Shown: positions 7,900 to 17,518, numbered from the stretch's first letter. The stretch: 36,680 bases of DNA from Acidobacteriota bacterium (GCA_046757445.1 JBHHYG010000003.1:1-36680), one strand, 5' to 3'. Numbers and translations are program-made. The notes: generated from the letters alone by a model not told the origin.

Positions 7900-9125
7900 C
7901 TCCGAGCTCCCTGCTTGTAGCTCGTTCGCTCCACGAGCATCGACGCGCCCATCCCCCCTGACACACACAATGTCGCAAGACCCCGACGGGCCTGGCGTCG
8001 GCACATCTCGTGCATCAGGGTGACCAGAATCCGCGCGCCGGTACAACCGATAGGATGTCCCAGCGCGATGACACCACCATTGACATTGAGCCTATCGGCA
8101 TCGAAATGCAACTGGCGATCCACCGCCAGCACCTGGGCGGCGAAGGCCTCGTTCAACTCGACCAGATCGATATCGGCCAGCGACAGGTCGGTCGCCGCCA
8201 ACAGCTCCCGTACCGCCGGCACTGGCCCAATGCCCATGACCGCTGGATCGACGCCCGCCTGGGTAGCAACGACGAGCCGTGCCATGGGCTCCACAGCCAG
8301 CCTCCGTGCTGCATCCTCTGACAGCACCAGCATCGCCGCCGCCCCATCGACGACACCGCTACTGTTGCCGGCGTGCACCGTGCCGTCCTCCTTCTTGAAG
8401 ACCGGGCTGAGCCGGGCCAGCTGCTCCATGGTGACCTCATCCCGCGGATGCTCGTCGACATCAACGATCGCCGTTTCGCCGCCCTTGCCCACCGATACCT
8501 CGACCGGCACGATCTCGTCGACGAAGCGTCCATCCTCTCGCGCCAGCTGGCAGCGCCGCTGCGTCTCCATGGCGTAGCGATCCTGCTCCTGACGGCTGAT
8601 CTCGTATTGTTCGGCCAGCCGCTCCGCCGTGCTGCCCATGAGCTCGCCACAAAGCGGGCACAGAAAGCCGTCCCTGTACTGGCCGTCGAGGACCTCGGCG
8701 TGGCCCAGCCGATACCCCCAGCGAGCCCCCGGCAGCAGATAGGGGGTATTGCTCATGCTCTCGGTGCCGCCGGCGAGCATCACCTCGGCGGCGCCGGCGG
8801 CCACCGTTTGAGCGGCCAGCATCACCGCTTTTAGCCCGGATGCGCAGGCCTGATTGACGGTGTACGCCGGGGAGGTCTCCGGAACCCCCGCCCCCATGGC
8901 GATCTGGCGCGCCGGGTTGGGCCCGCAGCCGGCCTGACGGGCGTGGCCGAAGACGGTCTCGGAAATCTCGGCGGCGGCCATGCCGCTGCGCTTGAGCACC
9001 GCCTTGGCGGCGCCGATGCCGAGCTGCACGGCACCGAGGCTCCGTAGCGCGCCGCCGAATCTGCCGATCGGTGTGCGCACCGGGGCTGCGAGCACCACCG
9101 GTCGCGCTGCGCGGAAGTCGAACAT
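7896..9125 (-). CDS. Acetyl-CoA C-acyltransferase (thiolase)
   Basis: NQACASG, NEAF, GHPIG and CVSGG catalytic motifs. Confidence 0.95.
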   Translation of the reverse strand: MFDFRAARPVVLAAPVRTPIGRFGGALRSLGAVQLGIGAAKAVLKRSGMAAAEISETVFGHARQAGCGPNPARQIAMGAGVPETSPAYTVNQACASGLKAVMLAAQTVAAGAAEVMLAGGTESMSNTPYLLPGARWGYRLGHAEVLDGQYRDGFLCPLCGELMGSTAERLAEQYEISRQEQDRYAMETQRRCQLAREDGRFVDEIVPVEVSVGKGGETAIVDVDEHPRDEVTMEQLARLSPVFKKEDGTVHAGNSSGVVDGAAAMLVLSEDAARRLAVEPMARLVVATQAGVDPAVMGIGPVPAVRELLAATDLSLADIDLVELNEAFAAQVLAVDRQLHFDADRLNVNGGVIALGHPIGCTGARILVTLMHEMCRRQARRGLATLCVSGGMGASMLVERTSYKQGARR

Positions 9126-9169
9126 GGCTCCTGCTGGCTGGCGGCGATGGCTGCCGTGCCGGGTCGCGC

Positions 9170-10648
9170 TCAGCCGAGATCCACCCAGATGTTCTTGACC
9201 TGGGTGTAGTGCTCCAGGGCGTGGGCGCCGAGCTCACGTCCGAAGCCGCTCATCTTGTAGCCGCCGAAGGGGGCGGCCGCATCGTAACGGTTGTAGGTAT
9301 TCACCCATACGGTGCCGGCCCGCAGGCGTCGGGCGATGCGATGGGCGCGGCCGATATCCCGGCTCCAGACGGCGGCGGCGAGACCATAGGGGGTGTCGTT
9401 GGCCTGGGCGATGGCGCTCTCCTCATCGTCGAAAGCGATGGTCGCCAGCACCGGCCCGAAGATTTCCTCGCGGGCGATGCGCATGGAGTTGTCGACCTGA
9501 TCGAAGACCGCGGGCCGCAGGAAAAAGCCGTCGCCCTTTCCCACCACGGCGCGATCACCGCCGGTGCGTAGCCGCGCCCCCTCCTCTTTGCCGGCGCCGA
9601 CGTACTCGAGAACCTTATCCATCTGCTGGCTGGAGACGATGGCTCCCATGCGCGTTTTCGGGTCGAGCGGGTCGCCGGGCACCAGCTTCTCGGTGCGCGC
9701 AACCACACGGTCGATGAACTCCTCGGCGACGGCGCTGTCGACGAAGAGACGACTGCCGGCGGCGCACACTTCCCCCTTGCCGTAAAAGATACCGATGGTC
9801 GCGCCCTTGGCGGCGGCGTCGAGGTCGGCGTCGGCAAGCACGATGTTGGGTGACTTGCCGCCCAGCTCGAGGGTGATCTTCTTCAGGGTGTCGGCGGAGC
9901 CACGCAGGATCTCCTGCCCGGTGGCGGTCTCGCCGGTGAAGGCGATCTTGTCGACGTCGGCATGGCGCACCAGCGCGGCGCCGACCCGCGAGCCCTGACC
10001 GGGCACGACATTGAGCACACCCGGCGGCAAGCCGGCCTTGGCGACCAGCTCGGCCAGCTTCAGTGCGGTCAGGGGCGTGTTGCTGGCCGGCTTCAGCACC
10101 ACCGTGTTGCCCATCGCCAGCGCCGGTGCCACCTTCCAGGATGCCAGCAGCAGCGGAAAGTTCCAGGGAACGATCGCCGCGACCACGCCAACAGGCTCGC
10201 GCAGGGTGTAATCGAGGACGTTGCCGTTCACCGGAATGGTCTCGCCGTGCAACTTGTCGGCCCAACCGGCGTAGTACTGGAAGACCTCGGCGACCATGGG
10301 GACGTCGACGTAGCGTGACTCGAAGATCGGCTTGCCGTTGTCGAGGGTCTCGAGCAGGGCGACGTCCTCGAGCTCGTCGCGCAGCAGCTCGCCCAGCCGC
10401 CAGAGGATGCGACCGCGCTCCCGAGCCGCCATCTCGGCCCAGGGACCGTTGTCGAAGGCCTCTCGAGCCGCCGCCACGGCACGGTCGACATCGCTACGAC
10501 TCGCCGCGGCCACCTCGGCAAGCACCTCGCCGGTGGCCGGATTGACGGTGGCGAAGGAGGCGCCACCCTCGGCATCGCTCCATTCGCCGGCAATGAACAG
10601 TTTGCGCGGCGATGCCTCGATCACCGCGCCGACCGCCTCGATCGTCAT
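9170..10648 (-). CDS. NAD(P)-dependent aldehyde dehydrogenase (BoxD-like role by context)
   Basis: PWNFP, FTGE, ELGGKSP, GEVCAAG and EEIFGP motifs. Confidence 0.95.
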   Translation of the reverse strand: MTIEAVGAVIEASPRKLFIAGEWSDAEGGASFATVNPATGEVLAEVAAASRSDVDRAVAAAREAFDNGPWAEMAARERGRILWRLGELLRDELEDVALLETLDNGKPIFESRYVDVPMVAEVFQYYAGWADKLHGETIPVNGNVLDYTLREPVGVVAAIVPWNFPLLLASWKVAPALAMGNTVVLKPASNTPLTALKLAELVAKAGLPPGVLNVVPGQGSRVGAALVRHADVDKIAFTGETATGQEILRGSADTLKKITLELGGKSPNIVLADADLDAAAKGATIGIFYGKGEVCAAGSRLFVDSAVAEEFIDRVVARTEKLVPGDPLDPKTRMGAIVSSQQMDKVLEYVGAGKEEGARLRTGGDRAVVGKGDGFFLRPAVFDQVDNSMRIAREEIFGPVLATIAFDDEESAIAQANDTPYGLAAAVWSRDIGRAHRIARRLRAGTVWVNTYNRYDAAAPFGGYKMSGFGRELGAHALEHYTQVKNIWVDLG

Positions 10649-10674
10649 GGTCCTGAATCCGTGGTGGCGGTGGG

Positions 10675-11451
10675 CTAGCTTCCCTTGAAGGCTGGAGCCC
10701 GCTTCTCGAGGAAGGCGTTCAAACCTTCTTTGGCATCCTCGGTGATGAACAGTCGGTTCTGCAGCTCGCGCTCGAGGGCCATCGCCTGCGCCAGGGGCAT
10801 TTCGATTCCCTCCTGCACGGCCACCTTGATGAGGCCGATGGCGCGCACGGCGCCTTGGTTCAGGTCGCGGGCGAAAGCCAGGGTCTCCTCGAGCACATCG
10901 CCGTCGAAAACCTCGTTGACCAGGCCGATCTGCTTGGCTTCCTCGGGGCTCAGGGTCTTGCCGGTAATCATCAGCTCCAACCCTCGGGACTTACCGACCA
11001 ACCGGGGTAGCCGCTGCGTGCCCCCGGTGCCCGGCAGCACCCCCAACGTGACCTCGGGGAGACCGATCTTGCCGACGTCCCTGCCCATGAAGCGGAGGTC
11101 ACAGGCCAAGGCGATCTCCAGGCCGCCGCCGACACAGTGGCCGTTGATGGCGGCGATGACGATCTTGGGAATACGCTCGAGCTCCATCAGCGTTTCCTGG
11201 CAGTGCAGGCAGAACATCGCCTTGTACTGCGGCTTGCTCTCTTTGAGCATCTTGATGTCGGCGCCGGCGGAGAAGAACTTGCCCCCGCCGGTGAGCACCA
11301 CGACGTTGATCTCCTCGTCGACGCGGACCTCCTCGATGACGCGATCCAGCTCTCGCATGAGGTCGAAATTGTAGGTGTTTGCGGGAGGCCGGTTGAGGGT
11401 AACCACCCCGATGCCGTCTTTCTTGTCTACCAGGAAGGACTCGTAGGACAT
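10675..11451 (-). CDS. Crotonase-family protein resembling the BoxC N-terminal catalytic domain
   Basis: SAGADIKML, KAMFCLHCQET, GGGLEIA and LPEVTLGVLPGTGG. Both catalytic Glu present. Confidence 0.85.
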   Translation of the reverse strand: MSYESFLVDKKDGIGVVTLNRPPANTYNFDLMRELDRVIEEVRVDEEINVVVLTGGGKFFSAGADIKMLKESKPQYKAMFCLHCQETLMELERIPKIVIAAINGHCVGGGLEIALACDLRFMGRDVGKIGLPEVTLGVLPGTGGTQRLPRLVGKSRGLELMITGKTLSPEEAKQIGLVNEVFDGDVLEETLAFARDLNQGAVRAIGLIKVAVQEGIEMPLAQAMALERELQNRLFITEDAKEGLNAFLEKRAPAFKGS

Positions 11452-11662
11452 GCGCACACTCCAGTACCGCGAAAGGTGAGAACGCTCGACCCGAAAGGGC
11501 CGGTGGGGCCGAGGCAACACGACCCGAACAGGGAGCAGAGTATCAGAGATGCGGAAGACCTATCAATGAACGGGTACGGCAGCCGGATGAACCTGTTGGC
11601 GAGCTGCCGATCAACCCCGATGGGTTCCCGCTAGTCTGCCAGGTGCGGCCGCGGCAGGCGGG

Positions 11663-11671
11663 TGCTAGAAT
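11663..11671 (+). promoter_or_regulatory. Putative extended -10 promoter element (TGcTAGAAT)
   Basis: TGn-TAnnnT match in the intergenic region upstream of the small ORF at 11768. Confidence 0.4.
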
Positions 11672-11767
11672 CAGGCTGATGGGCGTTGTTGCGGCGGGGG
11701 AGGCGCGCCGTAGCGCCCGCAGACGGATCTCTAGAGCCAAGACCGACACCATCCGACCTCCACATCT

Positions 11768-12022
11768 ATGGGAAAGCATGTACGAGTGGTACGAACTCCC
11801 GGCGAGCTGCGAGACACCATTGGTCACAAGATCATGGTTCGCAAGGACTGGCACGGCGAGGTTCTGAAAGAGCTCACCGGGGATGAGCTGGGCCCATTCG
11901 GCTTTCATCCCAAGCGCTTCGAAAAATTCTACCTGGTCCAGTTCAAGCAGTGGGCGCAGCCGATCGCCGTTCCGGCCACCAACCTGGTGAGCTTCTCGCC
12001 GCAGGAAGAGCGGACGGCTTGA
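11768..12022 (+). CDS. Small hypothetical protein (possible SH3-like beta barrel)
   Basis: 84 aa with GC3-rich codons. Fills the gap convergent to dgt. Strand-like segments VRVVR, GEVL and YLVQF. Confidence 0.65.
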   Translation: MGKHVRVVRTPGELRDTIGHKIMVRKDWHGEVLKELTGDELGPFGFHPKRFEKFYLVQFKQWAQPIAVPATNLVSFSPQEERTA

Positions 12023-12048
12023 GATCGGCCTGCTGCCGCTGAGCCGGC

Positions 12049-13191
12049 TTACTCGTCCCTCTCGAGAGTGCGGTACGCCTCCAGGGCGAAGCGATCGGTC
12101 ATGCCGGCGACATAGTCGGCAATGGCGACGACTTCGGGTACGGCGCCGAAGCGCCGGCGATGACGGGGCGGCAGCCGTTCAGGCTCCTTGCGGTAGGCGT
12201 CGAAAAGACCCCGCACCACCCCCCGCGCCCTCTCCATGGCGGCGGAGACCCGGGAACTCCGGTAGAGGTGCTGCATCAAGAAGCTGGCCACTCGCTCTAA
12301 CTCTTCGTAGACAACCGGGCTGTGGGCGACCAGCCGCTGCGGATGGCGGCGCACCGCTTCGACATCCGTGATGCCGGCAGCATCGATCTGGCCACGGGTG
12401 GTATCGATGAGGTCGGTGACCAGCCGATCCAGCATCCCGCGGTTCGACTCGTTGAAAAGCTGGTGAGGGTCAGCCTCGGGGAAGCGCTCTTTCTGCTTCT
12501 GGTATAGCTCGCCGAAGAGGGGCAACGCGGCGACCAGTTGCTCGACCGAGAGAATGCGGGCCTCGACGCCGTCGTCGAGATCGTGGATGTTGTAGGCGAT
12601 CTCGTCCACCCAATCGATGATCTGGGCTTCGAGATAGGGTTGCTCCTCGGGACGGTACTCGCGCAACTCATCGTGGCGGAAGCGGTCGTAGCGGGTGGTG
12701 TGCTTGACGATGCCCTCTCGCACCTCGTAGCTCAGGTTGAGGCCCTGGAAAGCTGCATACCGTTCCTCGAGCTCCTCGACGATGCGCAAGGCATGACGGT
12801 TGTGCTCGAAGCCCCCGTGCTCGGCGAGGCCGGCGTCCAAGGCTTCTTCGCCGGCGTGGCCGAAGGGCGGGTGCCCGAGGTCGTGGGCCAGCGCGATCGC
12901 CTCGGCCAGGGTGGTGTTCAGGCCGAGCGCCGCGGCCACCGTTCTGGCGATCTGGGAAACCTCGATGGTGTGGGTCAGGCGGGTGCGGAAGTGATCGCCC
13001 TCGTAGTTGGGAAAGACCTGGGTCTTATACTCCAGGCGGCGAAAGGCACGGGAATGGACGATGCGGTCGCGATCACGCTGGAAACAATCTCGGTAGGGAT
13101 GCTCTTCCTCGGGATAGCGCCGTCCGCGGGAAGCTTCGGCACGAGCTGCGTAGGGCGCCAGCGCCAACAAGTTACCTAGCCCGATGCGCAT
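12049..13191 (-). CDS. dgt: Deoxyguanosinetriphosphate triphosphohydrolase (HD family)
   Basis: FQRDRDRI, FRRLEYKTQV, RTRLTH, HDLGHPPFGHAGE and DYVAGMTD motifs. Confidence 0.95.
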   Translation of the reverse strand: MRIGLGNLLALAPYAARAEASRGRRYPEEEHPYRDCFQRDRDRIVHSRAFRRLEYKTQVFPNYEGDHFRTRLTHTIEVSQIARTVAAALGLNTTLAEAIALAHDLGHPPFGHAGEEALDAGLAEHGGFEHNRHALRIVEELEERYAAFQGLNLSYEVREGIVKHTTRYDRFRHDELREYRPEEQPYLEAQIIDWVDEIAYNIHDLDDGVEARILSVEQLVAALPLFGELYQKQKERFPEADPHQLFNESNRGMLDRLVTDLIDTTRGQIDAAGITDVEAVRRHPQRLVAHSPVVYEELERVASFLMQHLYRSSRVSAAMERARGVVRGLFDAYRKEPERLPPRHRRRFGAVPEVVAIADYVAGMTDRFALEAYRTLERDE

Positions 13192-13352
13192 GGATACATC
13201 CTAGCAGGCCATCGATCGGCCTTCGCCGTGGAGCAGAGGATAGATCATGACTTTGCTTGCGCTGAGCCCCCCGGCGAGGTAAAAGCCGCCCGGCAGGCCG
13301 CCGCTTCCCCGGCGCACTGCCGGCCGTGTACCCCCTTCGACGAGTCGCGACC

Positions 13353-14723
13353 GTGATCGAATCCGACCTTTCCGCCCAATTGACCGCCTTTTTCGTCTGG
13401 CTCAACGGTTATCTTTGGGGATGGCCGATGCTGGTGCTGTTGGTCGGCACGGGGATCTTCCTGACCGTCTACCTGGGTGGGGTGCAGTTTCGACTGCTCG
13501 GCCATGCCCTCTACCTAGCGCTGATCAAGAGAAAAGAGGACGAGCCCGCCGAGGGTGATATCACCCACTTCCAGGCGCTGATGACCGCCCTCGCCGCCAC
13601 CGTCGGCACCGGCAACATCGCCGGTGTGGCCACGGCCATCGCCGCAGGCGGCCCCGGAGCGCTGTTCTGGATGTGGATCACCGGGCTGTTCGGCATGGCG
13701 ACGAAGTTCGCCGAGGCCCTGCTCGCGGTCCGTTTCCGGGTCTCCGACCAGCGTGGTCAGATGAGCGGCGGGCCCATGTACTATCTGGCGCTGGGCGCGA
13801 AGATGCCCAAGGTCGGCAGCCTCTTCGCTTTGCTGGCTGCCCTCGCCGCCTTCGGCATCGGCAACATGGTGCAGAGCAACTCGGTGGCAGACGCCGTCCA
13901 CAGCACCTTCGGCCTGCAGCAGACCTATACCGGGCTGGCGATCGCCCTCGCCACCGGCCTGGTCATCCTCGGGGGCATCCGCAGCATCGCCCGGGTCACG
14001 CAGGTGATGGTGCCGGCGATGATCTTGCTGTACATGGGAGCCGCCCTGGTGGTGATCCTGCGCAATCTCGGCGGTGTGCCCTTGATCTTCACCCTGGTGC
14101 TGCGGGAGGCGTTCAGCCCCACCGCTGCGGCCGGCGGCTTTCTCGGCGCCACGGTTGCTCAGACCATGCGCTACGGCGTCGCCCGTGGCGTCTTTTCCAA
14201 CGAATCGGGCTTGGGATCGGCACCGATCGCCGCCGCTGCGGCGCAGACCAAGAACCCGGCCACCCAGGCCCTGGTGTCGATGACTCAGACCTTCATCGAC
14301 ACCATCGTCGTCTGCTCGATGACCGGCTTCGTGATCATCTTCACCGGGGCCTGGAGCTCGGGCCTCGACGGCGCCCCGCTGACCGTGGAAGCCTTTTCGC
14401 GCGGCCTCCCGGGCAACACCGGCGGTATCGTCGTCTCGCTCGGGCTGATCTTTTTTGCCTACTCCACCATCCTCGGCTGGTCGTATTACGGCGAGAAGTC
14501 GATCGCCTACCTGCTTGGCGAGCGCGCTGTCAAACCCTACCGCCTGCTCTTCACCTTGATGGCCTTTGTCGGTGCCATCGTCCACATCGACCTGGTCTGG
14601 GAGCTGGCGGACAGCATGAACGCCCTGATGGCGGTGCCCAACCTCATCGGCCTGCTGGCGCTGGCAGCGGTGACCCGGCGGGAAACGCGGGCCTACATCC
14701 GTGAGCTGCGCGACACCAAGTAG
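13353..14723 (+). CDS. Alanine/glycine:cation symporter (AgcS/AlsT family)
   Basis: [27 protein letters not shown] and FSNESGLGS motifs. Start uncertain (GTG 13326 or 13353). Confidence 0.95.
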   Translation: MIESDLSAQLTAFFVWLNGYLWGWPMLVLLVGTGIFLTVYLGGVQFRLLGHALYLALIKRKEDEPAEGDITHFQALMTALAATVGTGNIAGVATAIAAGGPGALFWMWITGLFGMATKFAEALLAVRFRVSDQRGQMSGGPMYYLALGAKMPKVGSLFALLAALAAFGIGNMVQSNSVADAVHSTFGLQQTYTGLAIALATGLVILGGIRSIARVTQVMVPAMILLYMGAALVVILRNLGGVPLIFTLVLREAFSPTAAAGGFLGATVAQTMRYGVARGVFSNESGLGSAPIAAAAAQTKNPATQALVSMTQTFIDTIVVCSMTGFVIIFTGAWSSGLDGAPLTVEAFSRGLPGNTGGIVVSLGLIFFAYSTILGWSYYGEKSIAYLLGERAVKPYRLLFTLMAFVGAIVHIDLVWELADSMNALMAVPNLIGLLALAAVTRRETRAYIRELRDTK

Positions 14724-14859
14724 CCAGCCCCATTGACGCCGACCCACGGCCAGGCTATCTTTGGAATGTGGGTCCCGCCGATTTTCTCTCCCCCACCCTT
14801 CCTTTCCACCGGTAGCAGCGAGGGTCGACCACTGGTCGGGCAGGTAGCCCGACCAGGGG

Positions 14860-16746
14860 GTGATTCGAATGCTGAGATACCGGCGACAGTCCTTGTGGGT
14901 GAGGGGCCTATCAGGCTGCGGGAAAACCCTCCTCGTGCTACTGCTGACGCTACTTCTTGCGGTCAGCGTCTCTGCACAAACCTCTGCTGACCACGAACTG
15001 CGGGCGCACCTCCGGTATTTCGAAGGCACTGTGTCCATGCAGCGTGCCGCCGCGGGCGAGACCCGAGCCGCCCTCATCAACCTGCCGCTGGACCCGGGCG
15101 ACCGCATCTGGAGTGGGGACGACGGCCGCGTCGAGCTGCTCTTCGACGACGGCTCGCTGCTGTGGATGGACGAGCAGACCACCATCGACCTGGAAAGCTT
15201 CGGCGGCCAGGCCGGGGGCGCCGGTATCATCATCAGGCTGTGGGCCGGAAGCATCTATGTGGCACGGCCCGCGCCCGACCGATACCACGAGCCCGCGGGG
15301 ATCGCCCGTGTCGATGCGCCGGCGGCCAGCGCTGTGCTGCCCGGCAGTGGCTTGTTTCGTCTCGACATCGACCAAGAGCAGCGCCTCTGGCTGTCCACCT
15401 ACCGGGGCTCGGGAGAGTTGATCGGCGGTGGCCGGAGCGAGCCCGTGGATGCCGGCGAAGAAAGCTACGCAGAAGGGAATAGCGCACCGGCACGGGCCAT
15501 CGCCTTCAATACCGCCGACCAGGACACTTTCGATCGCTGGCAAGCCGAGCAGGTCGCGCGCACGGCCTTGACCGAGCACCACGTCCGCGAGCGCTCCTAT
15601 GTGCCGAGGCAGATCGTGCACCACGCCGCCGATCTCGAGGGTCATGGCAGCTGGATCTACTACGATGACTACCACACCTGGGCCTGGCACCCTTACGTGG
15701 CCCCCTACTGGTCCCCGTTCCACGACGGACGTTGGGTCTATGCACACCATGGCTGGACATGGGTACCCTTTGCGCCGTGGGGCTATACCACGACTCACTA
15801 CGGGCGCTGGCACTTCACCAGCCACTACGGCTGGGTGTGGTTCCCCGGTAGCGTCTATTCACCGGCCTGGGTGCAGTGGTACGTGACGCCGTACCACGTC
15901 GGTTGGGTGCCGTTGAACTATTTCAACCGGCCCGCCGTAAGCATCGGCATCTTCTTCGGGAACGGCCATTCCAGCCATCACTTCGTTCACCACCCCCATT
16001 CCCACGACGACCATCACGACGCGGTCGTGCATGTCGGCACGCACGGCTCTGCCTTTGGCGGTCGAGCGGTACAAGGCCGTGGCTTCACATCCGGCCTCGA
16101 TCGGGCCTGGAACTTCGTACCCGCGGGCAAGCTCGGCAGTGAGGATGTCACGCACCTGGCCGTGCGGCGGGCCGACGTGGAAGCCGCCGAGCAGGGAGGC
16201 CCGAAGGCTCGTACCCTGTTGTCAGGCGCGCTACGTCCACGACGCCCGACGCAGCTGACGCCCTCGGTATCCCGACGGGCGGTACCAAGAACGGGCTTGG
16301 CGACACCGAGGCGAAACTCTGACGCAGCGAGGCGGGGCGAGCGCGGCAGCGTCACTGTGCCCCGGTCACCATCGGCCGGCCACAAGGCTGTACCTCGCGG
16401 CGGCGTACGGGGAATCGGCCGCCGCTCGCCGGCGAGGCCGCTGCCTTCGCCCGTGGCCTCACCCCGGCGGCCGCGCTCCTCGGGCAGTTCCTCGCCGGCG
16501 AGCGGAAGGCGTACGATGATCCGCAGCCCCTCACCGCCGACGCCCACTGCGAGGCCCCATCGCCAAGGGCGGAGTATTCACGCCGCGCCGAGGCCCAGGA
16601 CAAGTTCACCGGCCCGGCCGAAGACCATCCAGCGAGGTGGCCCGAGAGGATCGCACAGCAAGATCGCCAAACCGAGACCGACGACGGGGAAAAGTGCAAA
16701 GCGGGGGGCGCCTCGCAGGGCCCGGAGCAAGGCAAAGGGCAGCTAG
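14860..16746 (+). CDS. Secreted FecR-like + DUF6600-type protein with basic disordered tail
   Basis: Signal peptide, then FecR-like GDRIWSGDDGRVEL, Trp/Pro-rich GRW..GWTWV..PWG..HYGRW..WVWFPG..PAWV region, His-rich linker and Arg/Pro/Ser tail. Confidence 0.8.
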   Translation: MIRMLRYRRQSLWVRGLSGCGKTLLVLLLTLLLAVSVSAQTSADHELRAHLRYFEGTVSMQRAAAGETRAALINLPLDPGDRIWSGDDGRVELLFDDGSLLWMDEQTTIDLESFGGQAGGAGIIIRLWAGSIYVARPAPDRYHEPAGIARVDAPAASAVLPGSGLFRLDIDQEQRLWLSTYRGSGELIGGGRSEPVDAGEESYAEGNSAPARAIAFNTADQDTFDRWQAEQVARTALTEHHVRERSYVPRQIVHHAADLEGHGSWIYYDDYHTWAWHPYVAPYWSPFHDGRWVYAHHGWTWVPFAPWGYTTTHYGRWHFTSHYGWVWFPGSVYSPAWVQWYVTPYHVGWVPLNYFNRPAVSIGIFFGNGHSSHHFVHHPHSHDDHHDAVVHVGTHGSAFGGRAVQGRGFTSGLDRAWNFVPAGKLGSEDVTHLAVRRADVEAAEQGGPKARTLLSGALRPRRPTQLTPSVSRRAVPRTGLATPRRNSDAARRGERGSVTVPRSPSAGHKAVPRGGVRGIGRRSPARPLPSPVASPRRPRSSGSSSPASGRRTMIRSPSPPTPTARPHRQGRSIHAAPRPRTSSPARPKTIQRGGPRGSHSKIAKPRPTTGKSAKRGAPRRARSKAKGS

Positions 16747-16925
16747 CCCGCATTTCTCAACGGTTCGAGGCTGCGCGAGCGCAAGGGCCGCGATGACTGC
16801 GTTGCGCTTGGCTCGAGGGCTCGACGTACTGCACGAGTACGCCTGCGCCCTCGAACCGGCGCGCGCCTTGTCCTCGCGGCCCTTGCGCCCGCTCGCTTCA
16901 CGACCCGTTGAGAAATGCGGGCTAG
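16743..16925. mobile_element. Complete 183-bp MITE-like palindromic element (copy 2)
   Basis: Perfect 21-bp terminal inverted repeats CTAGCCCGCATTTCTCAACGG (16743-16763 and 16905-16925). Inner 15-bp IR at 16779-16793/16874-16888. Central CGTACT-gcacg-AGTACG hairpin. No transposase. Confidence 0.85.
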
Positions 16926-17089
16926 GTCCTCGAGAGATCCGTGCCAGGAGCCTGTTTCCGAGGGCAGAATTGCACGGCTGGGAACCTTGGCTTGTGCGGG
17001 TGGAGACGCTTGCATTCAGGCACACCCTAGACTACCATCGGCCCATCTGTGTGGGGGTGCGTGCCCCCGGTATTCTGGACACCTGCCAC

Positions 17090-17518
17090 ATGAAGGTTGT
17101 CAGCCACACGTTCGAGGTCAAAAGCACCGCTCGCCTTGACCTCATCGATCTCACCCAGAAGGTCCGTGAGATGTTCAACGGATCGATGGTCAAGAAGGGG
17201 ATGCTCTATCTACACTCCCTTCATACCACCACGGCGATCATGATCAACGAGTGGCAGCATGCCTTGCTGGACGATCTCAAGGCTTTTCTGCAAACCATCG
17301 TCGACGACAACGACTATTTCTGGCACAACGATCCGGAGCACAGCGACTGCGTGCGCAGCAATGCGACCTCGCACCTTCGTTCCGCCTTGCTCTCGCACAA
17401 CGTCTTGGTGCCGATCGAGGACGGCAAGCTCGTCCTCGGGCAGTGGCAGAGCATCATCTTCGCCGACTTGGACGGCCCACAGACGCGCTCGGTCGTGGCC
17501 CAGATCATCGGCGAGTAG
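17090..17518 (+). CDS. yjbQ: YjbQ/UPF0047 family protein
   Basis: HTTTAIMINE, NATSHLRS, LGQWQSI and DLDGP motifs. Confidence 0.92.
   Translation: MKVVSHTFEVKSTARLDLIDLTQKVREMFNGSMVKKGMLYLHSLHTTTAIMINEWQHALLDDLKAFLQTIVDDNDYFWHNDPEHSDCVRSNATSHLRSALLSHNVLVPIEDGKLVLGQWQSIIFADLDGPQTRSVVAQIIGE

Noticed and set aside
11465-11530. GAAA-tetraloop hairpins resembling a c-di-GMP-I riboswitch
   Set aside because: Short stems, on the opposite strand to the operon, and an incomplete consensus.
13176-13183. CTAGCCCG matches to the repeat end (also near 32464)
   Set aside because: Only 8 bp, with no TCTCAACGG continuation. Likely chance.
13192-13352. Glycine riboswitch before the Ala/Gly symporter
   Set aside because: No recognisable glycine aptamer consensus.
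13515-15254. 579-aa minus-strand ORF
   Set aside because: Antisense to the symporter and the FecR/DUF6600 gene.
16637-17089. Apparent N-terminal extension of YjbQ
   Set aside because: Open frame running through the previous gene and the repeat element. The YjbQ domain starts at 17090.
16926-17089. TPP riboswitch before yjbQ
   Set aside because: Lacks the CTGAGA and downstream TPP consensus elements.
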